Positions 54,368-64,000 of a stretch of 64,000 bases of DNA are shown here, one piece after another (positions within the stretch are counted from its first letter, which is position 1; every line of letters starts with the position of its first letter). The position numbers and the translations under genes were made by a program. The notes below the pieces were generated by a model, which worked only from the letters and a program-made list of their open reading frames with translations, made no database searches and was not told where the DNA came from. The DNA is taken from positions 25,831 through 89,830 of the forward strand of contig JBBDZU010000007.1 of NCBI GenBank assembly GCA_040900055.1. The letters are read 5' to 3'. The DNA comes from Candidatus Saccharimonadales bacterium (lineage in GTDB: Bacteria; Patescibacteriota; Saccharimonadia; Saccharimonadales; UBA10212).

Positions 54368-57300
54368 ATGCGCCAATATAGCCACGGAACTAACATTGCC
54401 GATTTTGACGCCGTAAGGCTGGCCATTGCCAACCCAGAGAATATTCTTGACTGGAGCTACGGCGAAGTAACTAAGCCCGAGACCATTAACTACCGCACCC
54501 AAAAACCGGAGCGTGACGGCTTGTTTGATGAACGAATCTTTGGGCCTGTTAAAGACATCAACCCTCACGACGCTAAATATAAAGGTATTCGCAGCCGGGA
54601 CATGGCGGTCGATAAGCGAGGCGAGATTGTCACCCGGTCCATAGTGCGCCGGGAGCGAATGGGTCATATTTCCTTGGCTTCGCCTGTAGCTCATGTTTGG
54701 TTTTTACGCGGCACACCAAGTGCCACGGGACTAATACTTGGCTTGACCGTCAAGAACTTAGAGCGGATAGCTTATTTTGCCAGCTACATAATTAAAAGCG
54801 TAGACGTAGCCGCCCGCGACAAGATAAAAGCCGATAAGGAAGCCGAGTTTACGGCAGCCGAGGCGGCCATTAATAAACGTTACGAAAAAGCTAGCTTAAA
54901 AAAAGACGCCGATGTTCGTGATTTGGCCGAATTAAGGACTAAAGAGCTAGAAGAACTCACCGCTGAGGCCGAAGCTTCCAAGGCTCAAGTCGATGGGTTA
55001 GATCGGCTAAGGCTAATCTCCGAGACCGATTACCGCAACTTACCCGATAATTTGCGTTCGCTAATTAAGGTTGGAATGGGCGGCTCAGCCCTAAAAGAGC
55101 TGCTCGAAGAAGTCGATTTAAAAAAACTGATAAAAGATCTGTCAGCCGAAGCCGAAGAGACCAAAGGCCAGCGCAAGAAAAAGATTATGAAGCGGCTTAG
55201 ACTGATTGAGAGTATGGAGAGGGCCGGTATAAAGCCAAGCAGCCTTTGCATTAGTGTTATACCGGTAATACCGCCGGATCTTCGGCCGATGGTGCAGTTA
55301 ACCGGTGGGCGTTTTGCTACTTCTGACTTAAACGATCTTTACCGGCGGGTAATTAACCGTAACAACCGACTAAAAAAATTAGTGGACCTTAACGCCCCCG
55401 AAGTTATTCGCCGAAACGAGCAGCGCATGCTCCAAGAAGCTGTCGATGCCTTAATAGACAATAACAGTGCCAGGTCTGGCCGAGCAGTAGCTGCCACTGG
55501 CCAGCGTCGGCGCCTGAAGTCCCTTTCTGACATGCTAAGGGGTAAACAAGGCCGTTTCCGCCAGAATTTATTGGGCAAGCGAGTCGACTATTCCGGACGC
55601 AGCGTAATTGTTTCTGGGCCGGAGCTAAAAATGTACCAATGCGGCCTACCAAAAACTATGGCCCTGGAGCTCTTTAAACCTTTTGTAATTGGCCGGCTAA
55701 TTGACCAGGAACTGGCCCACAATATTAGAAGTGCCACTCGGATGATAGAACTAAATGAAGCAGCTGTTTGGGACGCCCTAGACGAAGTTATAAAAGGCAA
55801 ATACGTACTACTTAACCGTGCCCCCAGCTTGCACCGTTTAAGCGTCCAGGCTTTCCAGCCGGTTTTAATCGAGGGCAAGGCTATTCAGCTTCATCCGCTA
55901 GTTTGTAAAGGTTTTAATGCCGACTTTGATGGCGACCAAATGGCGGTCCATCTGCCACTTGGTACTATTGCCCAGGCCGAAGCTAGAGAAATTATGGCCG
56001 CCAACAAAAACTTGCTTAAGCCAGCCGACGGCTCACCAATCCTGCACGTGGAACAAGACATTGTTTTAGGGTGTTACTACTTAACATATGAGCGACCAGG
56101 CAACGAAGCCGAGGAACCTAAAGCATTGGGCAGTATCGAGGAAGTTGTTTTGGCTCTTGACCGCCGAAAAATTGACCTGCAAAGCCGGGTAAAAGTAATG
56201 TTCCGCGGTGCTGAGCGAGACACTACAGCCGGCCGGCTGCTATTTAACGAGATATTCCCAGATGACTTCGCTTTCCAAAACGAGGCTATGACGAGCAAGA
56301 AGTTAGACTCCGTTATGTCGGCTACCTACCAAAAATACGGGCAGGAAAAGACAGCCGCTATAGCCGACGACCTAAAAGACTTGGGCTTTGGTTACGCTAC
56401 TTATTCTGGTCTATCCATAGGCATGGATGACTTTTCCGATCTTGTTAGCTTGCCTAAAATCGTCGATGACGGCGATAAACGTGCAACAGAAATCTCTAAA
56501 CAGTTTGGTGAAGGCTTTATTACCGACGAGGAACGCTATCGGCTTACCATCGAAACCTGGACAGACGTGGATTCTTTAGTTGAAAAATCTTTGGCCGAGC
56601 AATTTGCCACAGAAGATAACACTATGTCGATTGCGGTGGCTTCTGGCGCCCGGGGCAACTTAAGCCAGATGAAGGATAGTGTTGGCATGATTGGTATTCG
56701 GGCCGACGCCACTGGCCGAGCCATGGAGTTACCAATTAGAAATAACTATAAGTATGGCTTAACGCCGCTAGAATACTTTACGGCTACTCGTGGCACTAGA
56801 AAGTCATTGATTGATATTGCTCTTCGAACAGCCGATTCGGGCTACCTAACCCGCCGCCTGGTAGATGTAGCCCAAGATGTCTTTACCATTGCGGCCGAGG
56901 CTGATGACCCTGGCTTTCCTCTTTATAGGTCCGACTCGGAAACTATCGGCATTGACTTTGGCTCCCGCTTAAAAGGCCGTTATAGTGCCGAGACTATTAA
57001 AAAGCATGTCAAAGCCGGCGAGCTAATTACAGCCGAAATCGCTCAAGCTATTGCCGCTGTCCATACAATTTCCGCCGTTCGCATAATGAGTCCGTTATCT
57101 TGCAGCAGTGCCCGCGGCGTTAGCCAAAGATCTTATGGCATCGATATGGCTACCGGCAACCTTGTAGCCAATGATTATCCTATTGGAGTTATTGCTGCCC
57201 AGTCGATTGGTGAGCCAGGTACCCAGCTGTCGTTAGACTCTAAGCACCGAGCCGGGGCAGTTACCGCTGGCGACGATGTAACCCAAGGTTTAACACGCGT

Positions 57301-58234
57301 AGAAGAACTGTTAGAAGTTAGAACACCCAAGGGACAGGCTTACCTAAGCGACATTAAAGGTGTAGTAAATGCCTGGGAAGAAGACGACCAGTACATCGTT
57401 CAAGCTACTGCCAAAGAGCAAAAAGCTATAAAACTCCCCCTAGTTAGCCGCCAGCCCAAAGTAAATGATGGCGACGAGATAGCCGCCGGTGACGTAGTGG
57501 CCGCCAACTCCGATGGTACCGAGAAGTTGACCTCACCTATGGTAGGCAAGGTCAGCATCAACGACACCTCCATAACTATTACGCCAACCGCCAAAACCGT
57601 CGTACGCTATGAGATACCTGGCTTTAGGCAACTTTTAGTCAAGGATGGTGACGAGGTAGAAGCCGGCCAGCGGCTAACTAATGGTTCTATAAACCTGCAT
57701 GAGTTAATGCGACTTTCCGGAGTAGAAGAGGCGCAGCGCTACATCATGAATGAAATCCTCTATATTTTCGCCAGCCAGGGCCAAAACGTGGCCGACAAAC
57801 ACCTTGAAGTGGTTATCCGCCAAATGTTTTCAAGAGTCCAGATTGAAGATGCCGGTGACAGCCAGTTCATTACAGGTGACATAGTTAGCAAACAGGCCGT
57901 TATCGAGGTTAATGAATCGCTTAAAGCTAACCAAAATCCGGTTAAATATAGCCAGTTGCTACTTGGCATTACCAAAGCATCTTTAAGCACCGATTCTTTC
58001 CTAAGTGCCGCCTCTTTCCAAGACACCACCCGCGTCCTGATTGCCGCTGCCACCTCCGGAAAAGTAGATAATCTTTACGGTTTGAAGGAAAACGTTATTT
58101 TAGGTCGGCGGATTCCAGTGGGCACAGGCGCTTTGAAGGCCGAAGAATTGGCTGAGCTGGAAGGCCCAGAAGACCTAGCTAGATTAGATAGTCAAAGCGC
58201 CGAACGCCGTGACAACGTTGATTTTAAAGAGTAA
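54368..58234 (+). CDS. rpoC: DNA-directed RNA polymerase subunit beta'
   Basis: NADFDGDQMAVH catalytic motif. AAGGAGG Shine-Dalgarno upstream. 1288 aa. Confidence 0.97.
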   Translation: MRQYSHGTNIADFDAVRLAIANPENILDWSYGEVTKPETINYRTQKPERDGLFDERIFGPVKDINPHDAKYKGIRSRDMAVDKRGEIVTRSIVRRERMGHISLASPVAHVWFLRGTPSATGLILGLTVKNLERIAYFASYIIKSVDVAARDKIKADKEAEFTAAEAAINKRYEKASLKKDADVRDLAELRTKELEELTAEAEASKAQVDGLDRLRLISETDYRNLPDNLRSLIKVGMGGSALKELLEEVDLKKLIKDLSAEAEETKGQRKKKIMKRLRLIESMERAGIKPSSLCISVIPVIPPDLRPMVQLTGGRFATSDLNDLYRRVINRNNRLKKLVDLNAPEVIRRNEQRMLQEAVDALIDNNSARSGRAVAATGQRRRLKSLSDMLRGKQGRFRQNLLGKRVDYSGRSVIVSGPELKMYQCGLPKTMALELFKPFVIGRLIDQELAHNIRSATRMIELNEAAVWDALDEVIKGKYVLLNRAPSLHRLSVQAFQPVLIEGKAIQLHPLVCKGFNADFDGDQMAVHLPLGTIAQAEAREIMAANKNLLKPADGSPILHVEQDIVLGCYYLTYERPGNEAEEPKALGSIEEVVLALDRRKIDLQSRVKVMFRGAERDTTAGRLLFNEIFPDDFAFQNEAMTSKKLDSVMSATYQKYGQEKTAAIADDLKDLGFGYATYSGLSIGMDDFSDLVSLPKIVDDGDKRATEISKQFGEGFITDEERYRLTIETWTDVDSLVEKSLAEQFATEDNTMSIAVASGARGNLSQMKDSVGMIGIRADATGRAMELPIRNNYKYGLTPLEYFTATRGTRKSLIDIALRTADSGYLTRRLVDVAQDVFTIAAEADDPGFPLYRSDSETIGIDFGSRLKGRYSAETIKKHVKAGELITAEIAQAIAAVHTISAVRIMSPLSCSSARGVSQRSYGIDMATGNLVANDYPIGVIAAQSIGEPGTQLSLDSKHRAGAVTAGDDVTQGLTRVEELLEVRTPKGQAYLSDIKGVVNAWEEDDQYIVQATAKEQKAIKLPLVSRQPKVNDGDEIAAGDVVAANSDGTEKLTSPMVGKVSINDTSITITPTAKTVVRYEIPGFRQLLVKDGDEVEAGQRLTNGSINLHELMRLSGVEEAQRYIMNEILYIFASQGQNVADKHLEVVIRQMFSRVQIEDAGDSQFITGDIVSKQAVIEVNESLKANQNPVKYSQLLLGITKASLSTDSFLSAASFQDTTRVLIAAATSGKVDNLYGLKENVILGRRIPVGTGALKAEELAELEGPEDLARLDSQSAERRDNVDFKE

Positions 58235-58253
58235 ATACGAGAGAATCATCTAA

Positions 58254-58664
58254 ATGCCCACAGTTAGCCAATTGGTTAGAAAACCGCGCAAGAAAGTAAC
58301 TGGCAAGACCAAGTCGCCGGCCTTGCTGCGCATGACCAACAATTTAAAGACCAGAAACTATGAAAAACCCTCGCCTTTTAAGCGAGGCGTTTGTGTTAGG
58401 GTCACCACTAAAACACCCAAAAAACCAAACTCAGCTTTGCGCAAGGTTGCCCGTGTACGCTTAACTAACGGCCAGGAAGTTTGGGCTTACATTGGTGGAG
58501 AGGGACATAATCTGCAGGAACACGCCGTAGTTTTAGTACGTGGTGGTCGGGTGAAAGACTTGCCGGGTGTTAGATATCATATTGTCCGCGGCAGTCTGGA
58601 TTTGCAGGGCGTACAAAACCGCAGACAGGGCCGTTCAAAATACGGCGCCAAGAAAGCTAAATAA
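58254..58664 (+). CDS. rpsL: 30S ribosomal protein S12
   Basis: PTVSQLVRK...[16 protein letters not shown]...[15 protein letters not shown]. Confidence 0.97.
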   Translation: MPTVSQLVRKPRKKVTGKTKSPALLRMTNNLKTRNYEKPSPFKRGVCVRVTTKTPKKPNSALRKVARVRLTNGQEVWAYIGGEGHNLQEHAVVLVRGGRVKDLPGVRYHIVRGSLDLQGVQNRRQGRSKYGAKKAK

Positions 58665-58666
58665 GC

Positions 58667-59146
58667 ATGCCACGTAAAGTCACTAAATCGCTAGTTCGGA
58701 CGGTAGCCCCAGATCGTTTATATAGCAGTACGCACATAGCTAAGCTAATCAACCGTGTAATGCTACATGGTAAAAAACAACTGGCTGAAAAACAGGTTTA
58801 TGGGGGTATGCAAAAGGCTGCTGATAAGCTAAAGGTCCAAAACCCACTAGAAGTTTTTGAACAAGCCATGAAAAACATCAGCCCTCATATGGAAACTCGG
58901 TCCAGACGGGTAGGTGGAGCCAACTACCAAATTCCATTCGAGGTTCGTGGCCAGCGCCAACAGCATTTAACAACCATGTGGTTTGTGGAAGCGGCAAGAG
59001 CTCGATCGGGTATGGGTATGGAAGATCGAATCTTTGCAGAATTAGTTGATGCCTATAACAATGCCGGCTCGGCAGTAAAGAAAAAAGAAGACACCCACCG
59101 TATGGCTGAAGCCAACCGCGCTTTTGCCCACTTTGGCAGGAGCTAA
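58667..59146 (+). CDS. rpsG: 30S ribosomal protein S7
   Basis: KLINRVMLHGKK...RSRRVGGANYQIP...ANRAFAHF. Confidence 0.96.
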   Translation: MPRKVTKSLVRTVAPDRLYSSTHIAKLINRVMLHGKKQLAEKQVYGGMQKAADKLKVQNPLEVFEQAMKNISPHMETRSRRVGGANYQIPFEVRGQRQQHLTTMWFVEAARARSGMGMEDRIFAELVDAYNNAGSAVKKKEDTHRMAEANRAFAHFGRS

Positions 59147-59147
59147 G

Positions 59148-59447
59148 ATGCATCAAAGAGTAGACCGTGAAGTTATTTATTTCGAAGAATTGGAGACGCG
59201 ACAAGAAACTGGCTTCATCGTCGCCGCTCCCGAGCAATGTCTAGCTATCGACTGCGAATTTTTAAGTCCAAAAACTATAGCCGGTGACAAATCTTTACCG
59301 ATTGATCAAACAGCAGAAGACCTAGGTCTACGTGAAGGTGGTCGGCAGATAGTGATGAAAGAAATAAGTGTTCGAGGACTCCAGGCCGCCAATGGGCTCT
59401 GCCCGTATATTAAGCATAAGCCTAACTGCTGGCGAAAAGTTAAATAA
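59148..59447 (+). CDS. hypothetical 99-aa four-Cys protein between rpsG and fusA
   Basis: The ATG lies 1 nt after the rpsG TAA, with AGGAG inside the rpsG 3' end. Its TAA lies 1 nt before the fusA ATG. Cys pattern CLAIDC ... [10 protein letters not shown]. No family recognised. Confidence 0.5.
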   Translation: MHQRVDREVIYFEELETRQETGFIVAAPEQCLAIDCEFLSPKTIAGDKSLPIDQTAEDLGLREGGRQIVMKEISVRGLQAANGLCPYIKHKPNCWRKVK

Positions 59448-59448
59448 G

Positions 59449-61536
59449 ATGGCCGACAAAAAATACCCTTTAGAAAAAATGCGCAATATTGGAATAATTG
59501 CCCATATTGACGCAGGTAAAACTACTGCAACTGAAGGTATCTTGTATCGAACCGGTCTAAAACATAAAATCGGCGCAGTCCATGAAGGCGAAACCACAAC
59601 CGACTGGATGGCCCAGGAAAAAGAACGCGGCATTACCATAACAGCCGCCGCCGTAACTTGTTTTTGGAAAGATCACAAAATCAACATAATTGACACGCCC
59701 GGCCACATTGATTTCACGGTAGAGGTGGAGCGTTCACTTAGGGTCCTCGACGGGGCCGTGGTTGTTTTTGATGGAAAAATGGGAGTAGAGTCACAATCCG
59801 AAACTGTTTGGCGCCAAGCCGACAGATATAATGTCCCACGTCTTTGTTTTATCAACAAAATAAATCAAACTGGCGGAGATTTTTATAAAAGTCTAGACAG
59901 CATTCATCATCGCTTGAGCCGCCGGGCCCTACCGATTCATTTGCCAATTGGTTTTGAGCAAGCAACTTCCGGCGTTATTGACCTAATTAGTATGAAGAGC
60001 TACACCTACAAAGATTTTACCGACAAAAATCTAACCGAAGGCGAAATCCCAGAAGACATGCGAGAAAAGGCCCAGCGGTATCGCAGTTTGCTAATCGAAG
60101 CGGCAGTTGAGGCCGACGACCATGCCCTAGAAAAGTATCTAGAAGAGGGAGAGGATAGCTTAACCGAAGCTGAAATCAACCAAGCTGTCCGAAAAGCCGT
60201 ACTTACTGGCCATTTTTTTGCAGTTAGTGGCGGTGATGGCCGCGGAGTAATAGTCGAAAAACTGCTAGATGCGGTAGTAGATTTTCTACCCAGCCCGCTA
60301 GATCGCGGCAGTAGCTGGGGTGTCAATCCAAAAAATGGCGAAGAAGTTGAACGTAAGCCGGACGCTGGCGCCCCATTTGCCGCTTTAGCTTTTAAAATCG
60401 CCACTGATCCATTTGTCGGTAAGCTGGCCTTCATAAGATGCTATTCCGGAGTAGTGAGAGCCGGTAGCTATATTCAAAATAGCTCGACTGGAGAAAAAGA
60501 GCGGGTGGGGCGGATTGTTCGCATGCATGCTGACAAAAGAGAAGATATCTTGTCAGTCGAAGCCGGCGACATTGCCGCTATTGTGGGTTTAAAAAATACT
60601 ACCACCGGCAACACCCTGTCTGACGCCGCAAACGCGGTAGTACTAGAGAGCATTACGTTTCCGGAACCCCCAGTTTCTATAGCCATCGAGCCTAAGACCA
60701 AAGCCGACCAAGAGAAAATGAGCCTGGCGCTTTCTCGTCTAGCCGAAGAAGATCCTACCTTTAGAATTAAATCTGACCAAGAGACCGGGCAAACAATCAT
60801 TTCTGGCATGGGCGAACTGCACCTAGAAATTATTGTCGACAGAATGAAACGGGAGTTCAGTGTCGAGGCCAATGTTGGCCAGCCCCAAGTTGCTTACCGC
60901 GAAACGATTCGTAAAGACGGCGTTGAAGCCGAAGGCAAGTATATTCGCCAAAGCGGGGGGCGCGGCCAATACGGACACGTACTGCTTAGACTTTTCCAAA
61001 ACGAGCCAGGCAAAGGCTTTGACTTTATTAACTCTATTAAAGGCGCCTCAATTCCATCGGAATTTATTCCGGCAGTTAGAGCCGGCATCGAGGAGGCTAT
61101 GTCTAATGGTGTAATTGCGGGTTATCCGGTTGTTGATATTAAGGCAGAATTATATGACGGCTCTTATCACGATGTGGACAGCTCTGAAATGGCCTTTAAA
61201 ATTGCCGGCTCTATGGCCTTTCAAGACGGCTTTAAAAAATCGGCGCCAGTATTACTTGAGCCTATTATGAAAGTAGTAGTCGTCACACCAGAAAGCTTTA
61301 TGGGCGATGTAATTGGTGACCTTAACTCCAAGCGCGGGCGTATAGAATCAATGGAGGATTTGTCCGCCGGAATTAAAGAAGTGACTGCCTATGCGCCACT
61401 TGGCGAGTTGTTTGGCTACACAACTAACCTTAGGAGCATGACCCAAGGGCGGGCCAGTTCTTCCGTGGAGCTAGACCATTACGCCGACGTGCCCCCCAAC
61501 ATTACCGAAGCTATCGTTGCTAAATCTACAAAATAA
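59449..61536 (+). CDS. fusA: elongation factor G
   Basis: Homology starts at [34 protein letters not shown] and NKID-type motifs. The listed 59368 start is an upstream extension. Confidence 0.97.
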   Translation: MADKKYPLEKMRNIGIIAHIDAGKTTATEGILYRTGLKHKIGAVHEGETTTDWMAQEKERGITITAAAVTCFWKDHKINIIDTPGHIDFTVEVERSLRVLDGAVVVFDGKMGVESQSETVWRQADRYNVPRLCFINKINQTGGDFYKSLDSIHHRLSRRALPIHLPIGFEQATSGVIDLISMKSYTYKDFTDKNLTEGEIPEDMREKAQRYRSLLIEAAVEADDHALEKYLEEGEDSLTEAEINQAVRKAVLTGHFFAVSGGDGRGVIVEKLLDAVVDFLPSPLDRGSSWGVNPKNGEEVERKPDAGAPFAALAFKIATDPFVGKLAFIRCYSGVVRAGSYIQNSSTGEKERVGRIVRMHADKREDILSVEAGDIAAIVGLKNTTTGNTLSDAANAVVLESITFPEPPVSIAIEPKTKADQEKMSLALSRLAEEDPTFRIKSDQETGQTIISGMGELHLEIIVDRMKREFSVEANVGQPQVAYRETIRKDGVEAEGKYIRQSGGRGQYGHVLLRLFQNEPGKGFDFINSIKGASIPSEFIPAVRAGIEEAMSNGVIAGYPVVDIKAELYDGSYHDVDSSEMAFKIAGSMAFQDGFKKSAPVLLEPIMKVVVVTPESFMGDVIGDLNSKRGRIESMEDLSAGIKEVTAYAPLGELFGYTTNLRSMTQGRASSSVELDHYADVPPNITEAIVAKSTK

Positions 61537-61591
61537 ATAAACTTAAAACCGTAGCTCAAAAATGCGGAAGGCTATAAGCTAAAAGCAAGTT

Positions 61592-63124
61592 ATGATGATT
61601 AATGTCAAACACCTGCCTATGCCGCCGGTGCTGCCTTTGCCTAAAGTCCGTCTTACGCCCGCCCAAGCCCTCTATACGCTGACTTCCAAGAACGGCCTTG
61701 GCGTTTACGCCAGCTCGGACCGCCTTTTTAAGGGGGCAGTTTTTGGGCGCGACTCGCTGGAAGTCGCCGAAGATTTAATGCACATAAAACCAAAGCTAGT
61801 CGAAAAAATTTTGCTAACGATGGCGTCATTGCAAGGCGAAGCCGATGATTATCTAAATGAAGAAGAGCCCGGCAAAATCATCCATGAATACCGTAAAACG
61901 GTAGTCGACGGCAAACCGTTAGACAAAGTTAGCCAGGATATTTTTAACAGCCTTGCTCGGCAGTGGGGCGGCAGTGATACAGTTTTAGCCTACTATGGCT
62001 CAGTAGATTCTACGCCACACTTTATAAGAGCTTTAGCCACTTATTGCCAAGCCTACGGCCTGGAAATCCTGACTCGACAGGTCAAACTGCGCAGCGGCCA
62101 AAAACAATCGGTGCTTGAGGCTCTTGATAACGCCATCAACTGGTTAGCCAAGCACGCTAAAAAATCTAAAAGTGGCCTAATAGAATACCAACGTCGTAAT
62201 CCCCACGGCATTGAAAATCAAGTTTGGAAAGATTCCCGAGAATTTTATGTCCATAAAGACGGTCACTTGGCCAGTCATAGCCGCCCAATCTCATCTATAG
62301 AGGTCCAGTCCCTAACCTATGATGCCCTTATTTTAGCTGCAGAAATTTTGCCGTCACGAAAAGCCCAGCTAACCGAGCTGGCTGACCAATTGCAAAAGCG
62401 AGTCATTGAACTGCTTTGGCTACCGAACAGAGACTATTTTGCTCTAGGTACAGACTTTGAGGCTAAGAACAAACTCCGGGTAATTAAAACTATTACCGCC
62501 AACCCAGCCGAGATACTAGATAGCTTGTTTCTCGACAATCTGCCGCTAAAAGACAAACAGCGCTATATTACCGGCATCGTCCAGAACATTATGGGCACTG
62601 ACTTTTTAACCGACGCCGGTATCCGTAGCCGCGCCCTGTCGGAAGCCGGCGTTATTAAATTTTGGGACTACCATGGCAGTTACGTTAGCTGGCCCAAAGA
62701 AACTTACGACATAGCCAAAGGCTTAAGGCGCCAAGGCTTTCCGGCCCTAGCGCGTGAATTAGAAAATCGCTTGCTTAATGTAATCAAAGCTACCCGGACA
62801 TATCCGGAGTTTATCTACGTTGACTTTCGCGGGCGAGTTCTGGGAGCGCCAACTTCGGCCAAAACTCACGGCGAACTAGTATTAGTGGACAGCAAGCACC
62901 AGCCGGAGAAAATTCAGGCTTGGACAATTTCGGCTGTTTTAGCCATTAATAGCTTTCGCCGTCGACGGTCTGTAGCCAGGGTCCATCAAAAACTTTGGCA
63001 AATTAAGTTAGAGAAGGAAGTTTTGCGCCATATTCCCCATGTGCCAAAGTTGCGTTTCGCTCGCGAACTGCAGGCCCGTTATCCAGCCTACCCCTACGAG
63101 CTGGACTTACAGGACCGCATTTAA
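61592..63124 (+). CDS. amylo-alpha-1,6-glucosidase / glycogen-debranching-enzyme-like (GDE_C) protein
   Basis: FGRDSLEVAED and ENQVWKDS motifs typical of the (alpha/alpha)6 GDE_C family. 510 aa. Confidence 0.75.
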   Translation: MMINVKHLPMPPVLPLPKVRLTPAQALYTLTSKNGLGVYASSDRLFKGAVFGRDSLEVAEDLMHIKPKLVEKILLTMASLQGEADDYLNEEEPGKIIHEYRKTVVDGKPLDKVSQDIFNSLARQWGGSDTVLAYYGSVDSTPHFIRALATYCQAYGLEILTRQVKLRSGQKQSVLEALDNAINWLAKHAKKSKSGLIEYQRRNPHGIENQVWKDSREFYVHKDGHLASHSRPISSIEVQSLTYDALILAAEILPSRKAQLTELADQLQKRVIELLWLPNRDYFALGTDFEAKNKLRVIKTITANPAEILDSLFLDNLPLKDKQRYITGIVQNIMGTDFLTDAGIRSRALSEAGVIKFWDYHGSYVSWPKETYDIAKGLRRQGFPALARELENRLLNVIKATRTYPEFIYVDFRGRVLGAPTSAKTHGELVLVDSKHQPEKIQAWTISAVLAINSFRRRRSVARVHQKLWQIKLEKEVLRHIPHVPKLRFARELQARYPAYPYELDLQDRI

Positions 63125-63181
63125 TTGACTTTCTACCCCTGTTATGTTAAGATTATAGTTTCCGTCTTGGAGTTTTAGTAC

Positions 63182-64000
63182 ATGAAAATAGCTATAGTCG
63201 GGGGACCGTATATTCCGGTACCTCCTAAAAAATACGGTGGCACTGAGTTAGTTATTTACTATCTTATAAAAGGTCTTAAGGAAGAAGGACACGACGTTAT
63301 ACTACTTGGTCCAGGCGACTCGACAGTAGATTGCCAGCTAATATCAACAGTCTCAAAATCAATATTCTTTCCGGAAGATCCCAGCGAACTAGGAGTATTT
63401 AATAAAAGATTAGCTAAAATCGAAGCCCAAACCAAAGATAAGCTCAAAGCTATTGCGCCAAAGGTGGATATTATTCACTCTATGGGGTTTGATCTACTGG
63501 ATTTCAGGAAATTTCCAAGCTTAACTACCTTGCATGGCCCGATTACATTCCCAGAATTAGGCTACTACCTAGAGCGCAAGGATTTAAACTTTGTTTCTAT
63601 ATCTAAAAACCAGCAAGAGGCCCTCCCTGAACTAAATTGGATGGCTGCCGTCTATAACGGTGAGGACCCAACGCTTTTCCCCATAATTACCGACCCAGAT
63701 GACTATGTTTGCTTTATAGGTCGTTTTGACAGAGAAAAAACTCCCCATTTGGCTATTGCTTTAGCTATAAATCTAGGTATTAAGATTAAACTTGCCGGTA
63801 AGACAGATTTTTTAGGCTATGAATACTTTGAGCAAGAGATTAAGCCTTATCTTAAAAATCCTTTGGTGGAATATCTGGGCGAGATCGGTTTTGAGGAAAA
63901 AATAGATCTCCTAAGCAAGGCCAAATGCAACCTGCACCCTACTGGTTTTAGAGAACCGTTTGGTCTAACAGTTATGGAGGCGGCCTACTGCGGCACTCCA
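63182..64000 (+). CDS. GT4-family glycosyltransferase (3' end beyond window)
   Basis: Not in the ORF track because no stop falls inside the window. MKIAIVGGPYIPVPPKKYGGTELV... through ...FREPFGLTVMEAAYCGTP (GT-B retaining transferase motif). GGAG ribosome-binding site upstream. Confidence 0.8.
   Translation, partial: MKIAIVGGPYIPVPPKKYGGTELVIYYLIKGLKEEGHDVILLGPGDSTVDCQLISTVSKSIFFPEDPSELGVFNKRLAKIEAQTKDKLKAIAPKVDIIHSMGFDLLDFRKFPSLTTLHGPITFPELGYYLERKDLNFVSISKNQQEALPELNWMAAVYNGEDPTLFPIITDPDDYVCFIGRFDREKTPHLAIALAINLGIKIKLAGKTDFLGYEYFEQEIKPYLKNPLVEYLGEIGFEEKIDLLSKAKCNLHPTGFREPFGLTVMEAAYCGTP

Noticed and set aside
1-64000. Alternative genetic code (UGA recoding, as in some CPR lineages) or TAA readthrough, prompted by the two in-frame TAA codons at 7721 and 46143.
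   Set aside because: TGA ends well-conserved genes at their expected lengths (tkt N-subunit, gatA, the gatA-gatB insert, hisS), often in ATGA/GTGA overlaps. TAA ends gap, ppa, rpsG and others. The standard bacterial code fits, and the two internal TAAs are better explained as decay or error.
1-64000. CRISPR arrays, transposases, integrases, prophage genes or restriction-modification systems.
   Set aside because: I found no regularly spaced direct repeats and no ORFs with recognisable transposase, integrase or phage motifs. The only mobility footprint is the rsmD 3'-end duplication reported as a finding.

Overview
This is a compact, almost fully coding 64-kb stretch from a small-genome bacterium. 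The gene content suggests a CPR/Patescibacteria organism, possibly Saccharibacteria-like, but that is inference. The supporting features are a split transketolase, gatCAB, a type IV pilus ATPase, a class A PBP, many short membrane-anchored hypotheticals and no biosynthetic operons. The genetic code looks standard: TGA and TAA both end well-conserved genes, several in ATGA/GTGA coupled overlaps. In order, the window holds the pheT 3' end, a redox/PPIase group (FKBP, glutaredoxin-like, trxB, ppa), and a central-carbon cluster (gap, rpiB, rpe-like, split tkt, fba, pfkB kinase). Next come uvrB, gatC-gatA-(inserted gene)-gatB, dnaE, pilB, rplS-rnhB-yraN, aminopeptidases, nusA, clpC, a PBP1A, tyrS, recG and rsmD. 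A small accessory islet around tRNA-Leu follows, then hisS-tig-clpP, rpoB-rpoC-rpsL-rpsG-(small ORF)-fusA, and glycogen-type genes. I found no CRISPR array, rRNA, transposase or integrase. No single large novel system stands out, but these leads deserve follow-up: (1) a membrane-anchored protein with a HEPN-type RNxxxH motif, translationally coupled inside gatCAB; (2) near-consensus CIRCE (HrcA-type) operators over the -35 boxes of clpC and clpP; (3) at least eleven genes with a -10 box 5-8 nt before the start codon, suggesting leaderless mRNAs; (4) two small minus-strand units, each with its own promoter and U-tract terminator; (5) a P-loop gene cassette flanked by diverged copies of the rsmD 3' end, next to tRNA-Leu; (6) a tightly coupled 99-codon four-Cys ORF between rpsG and fusA; (7) a heptad-repeat promoter module shared by two unrelated genes.
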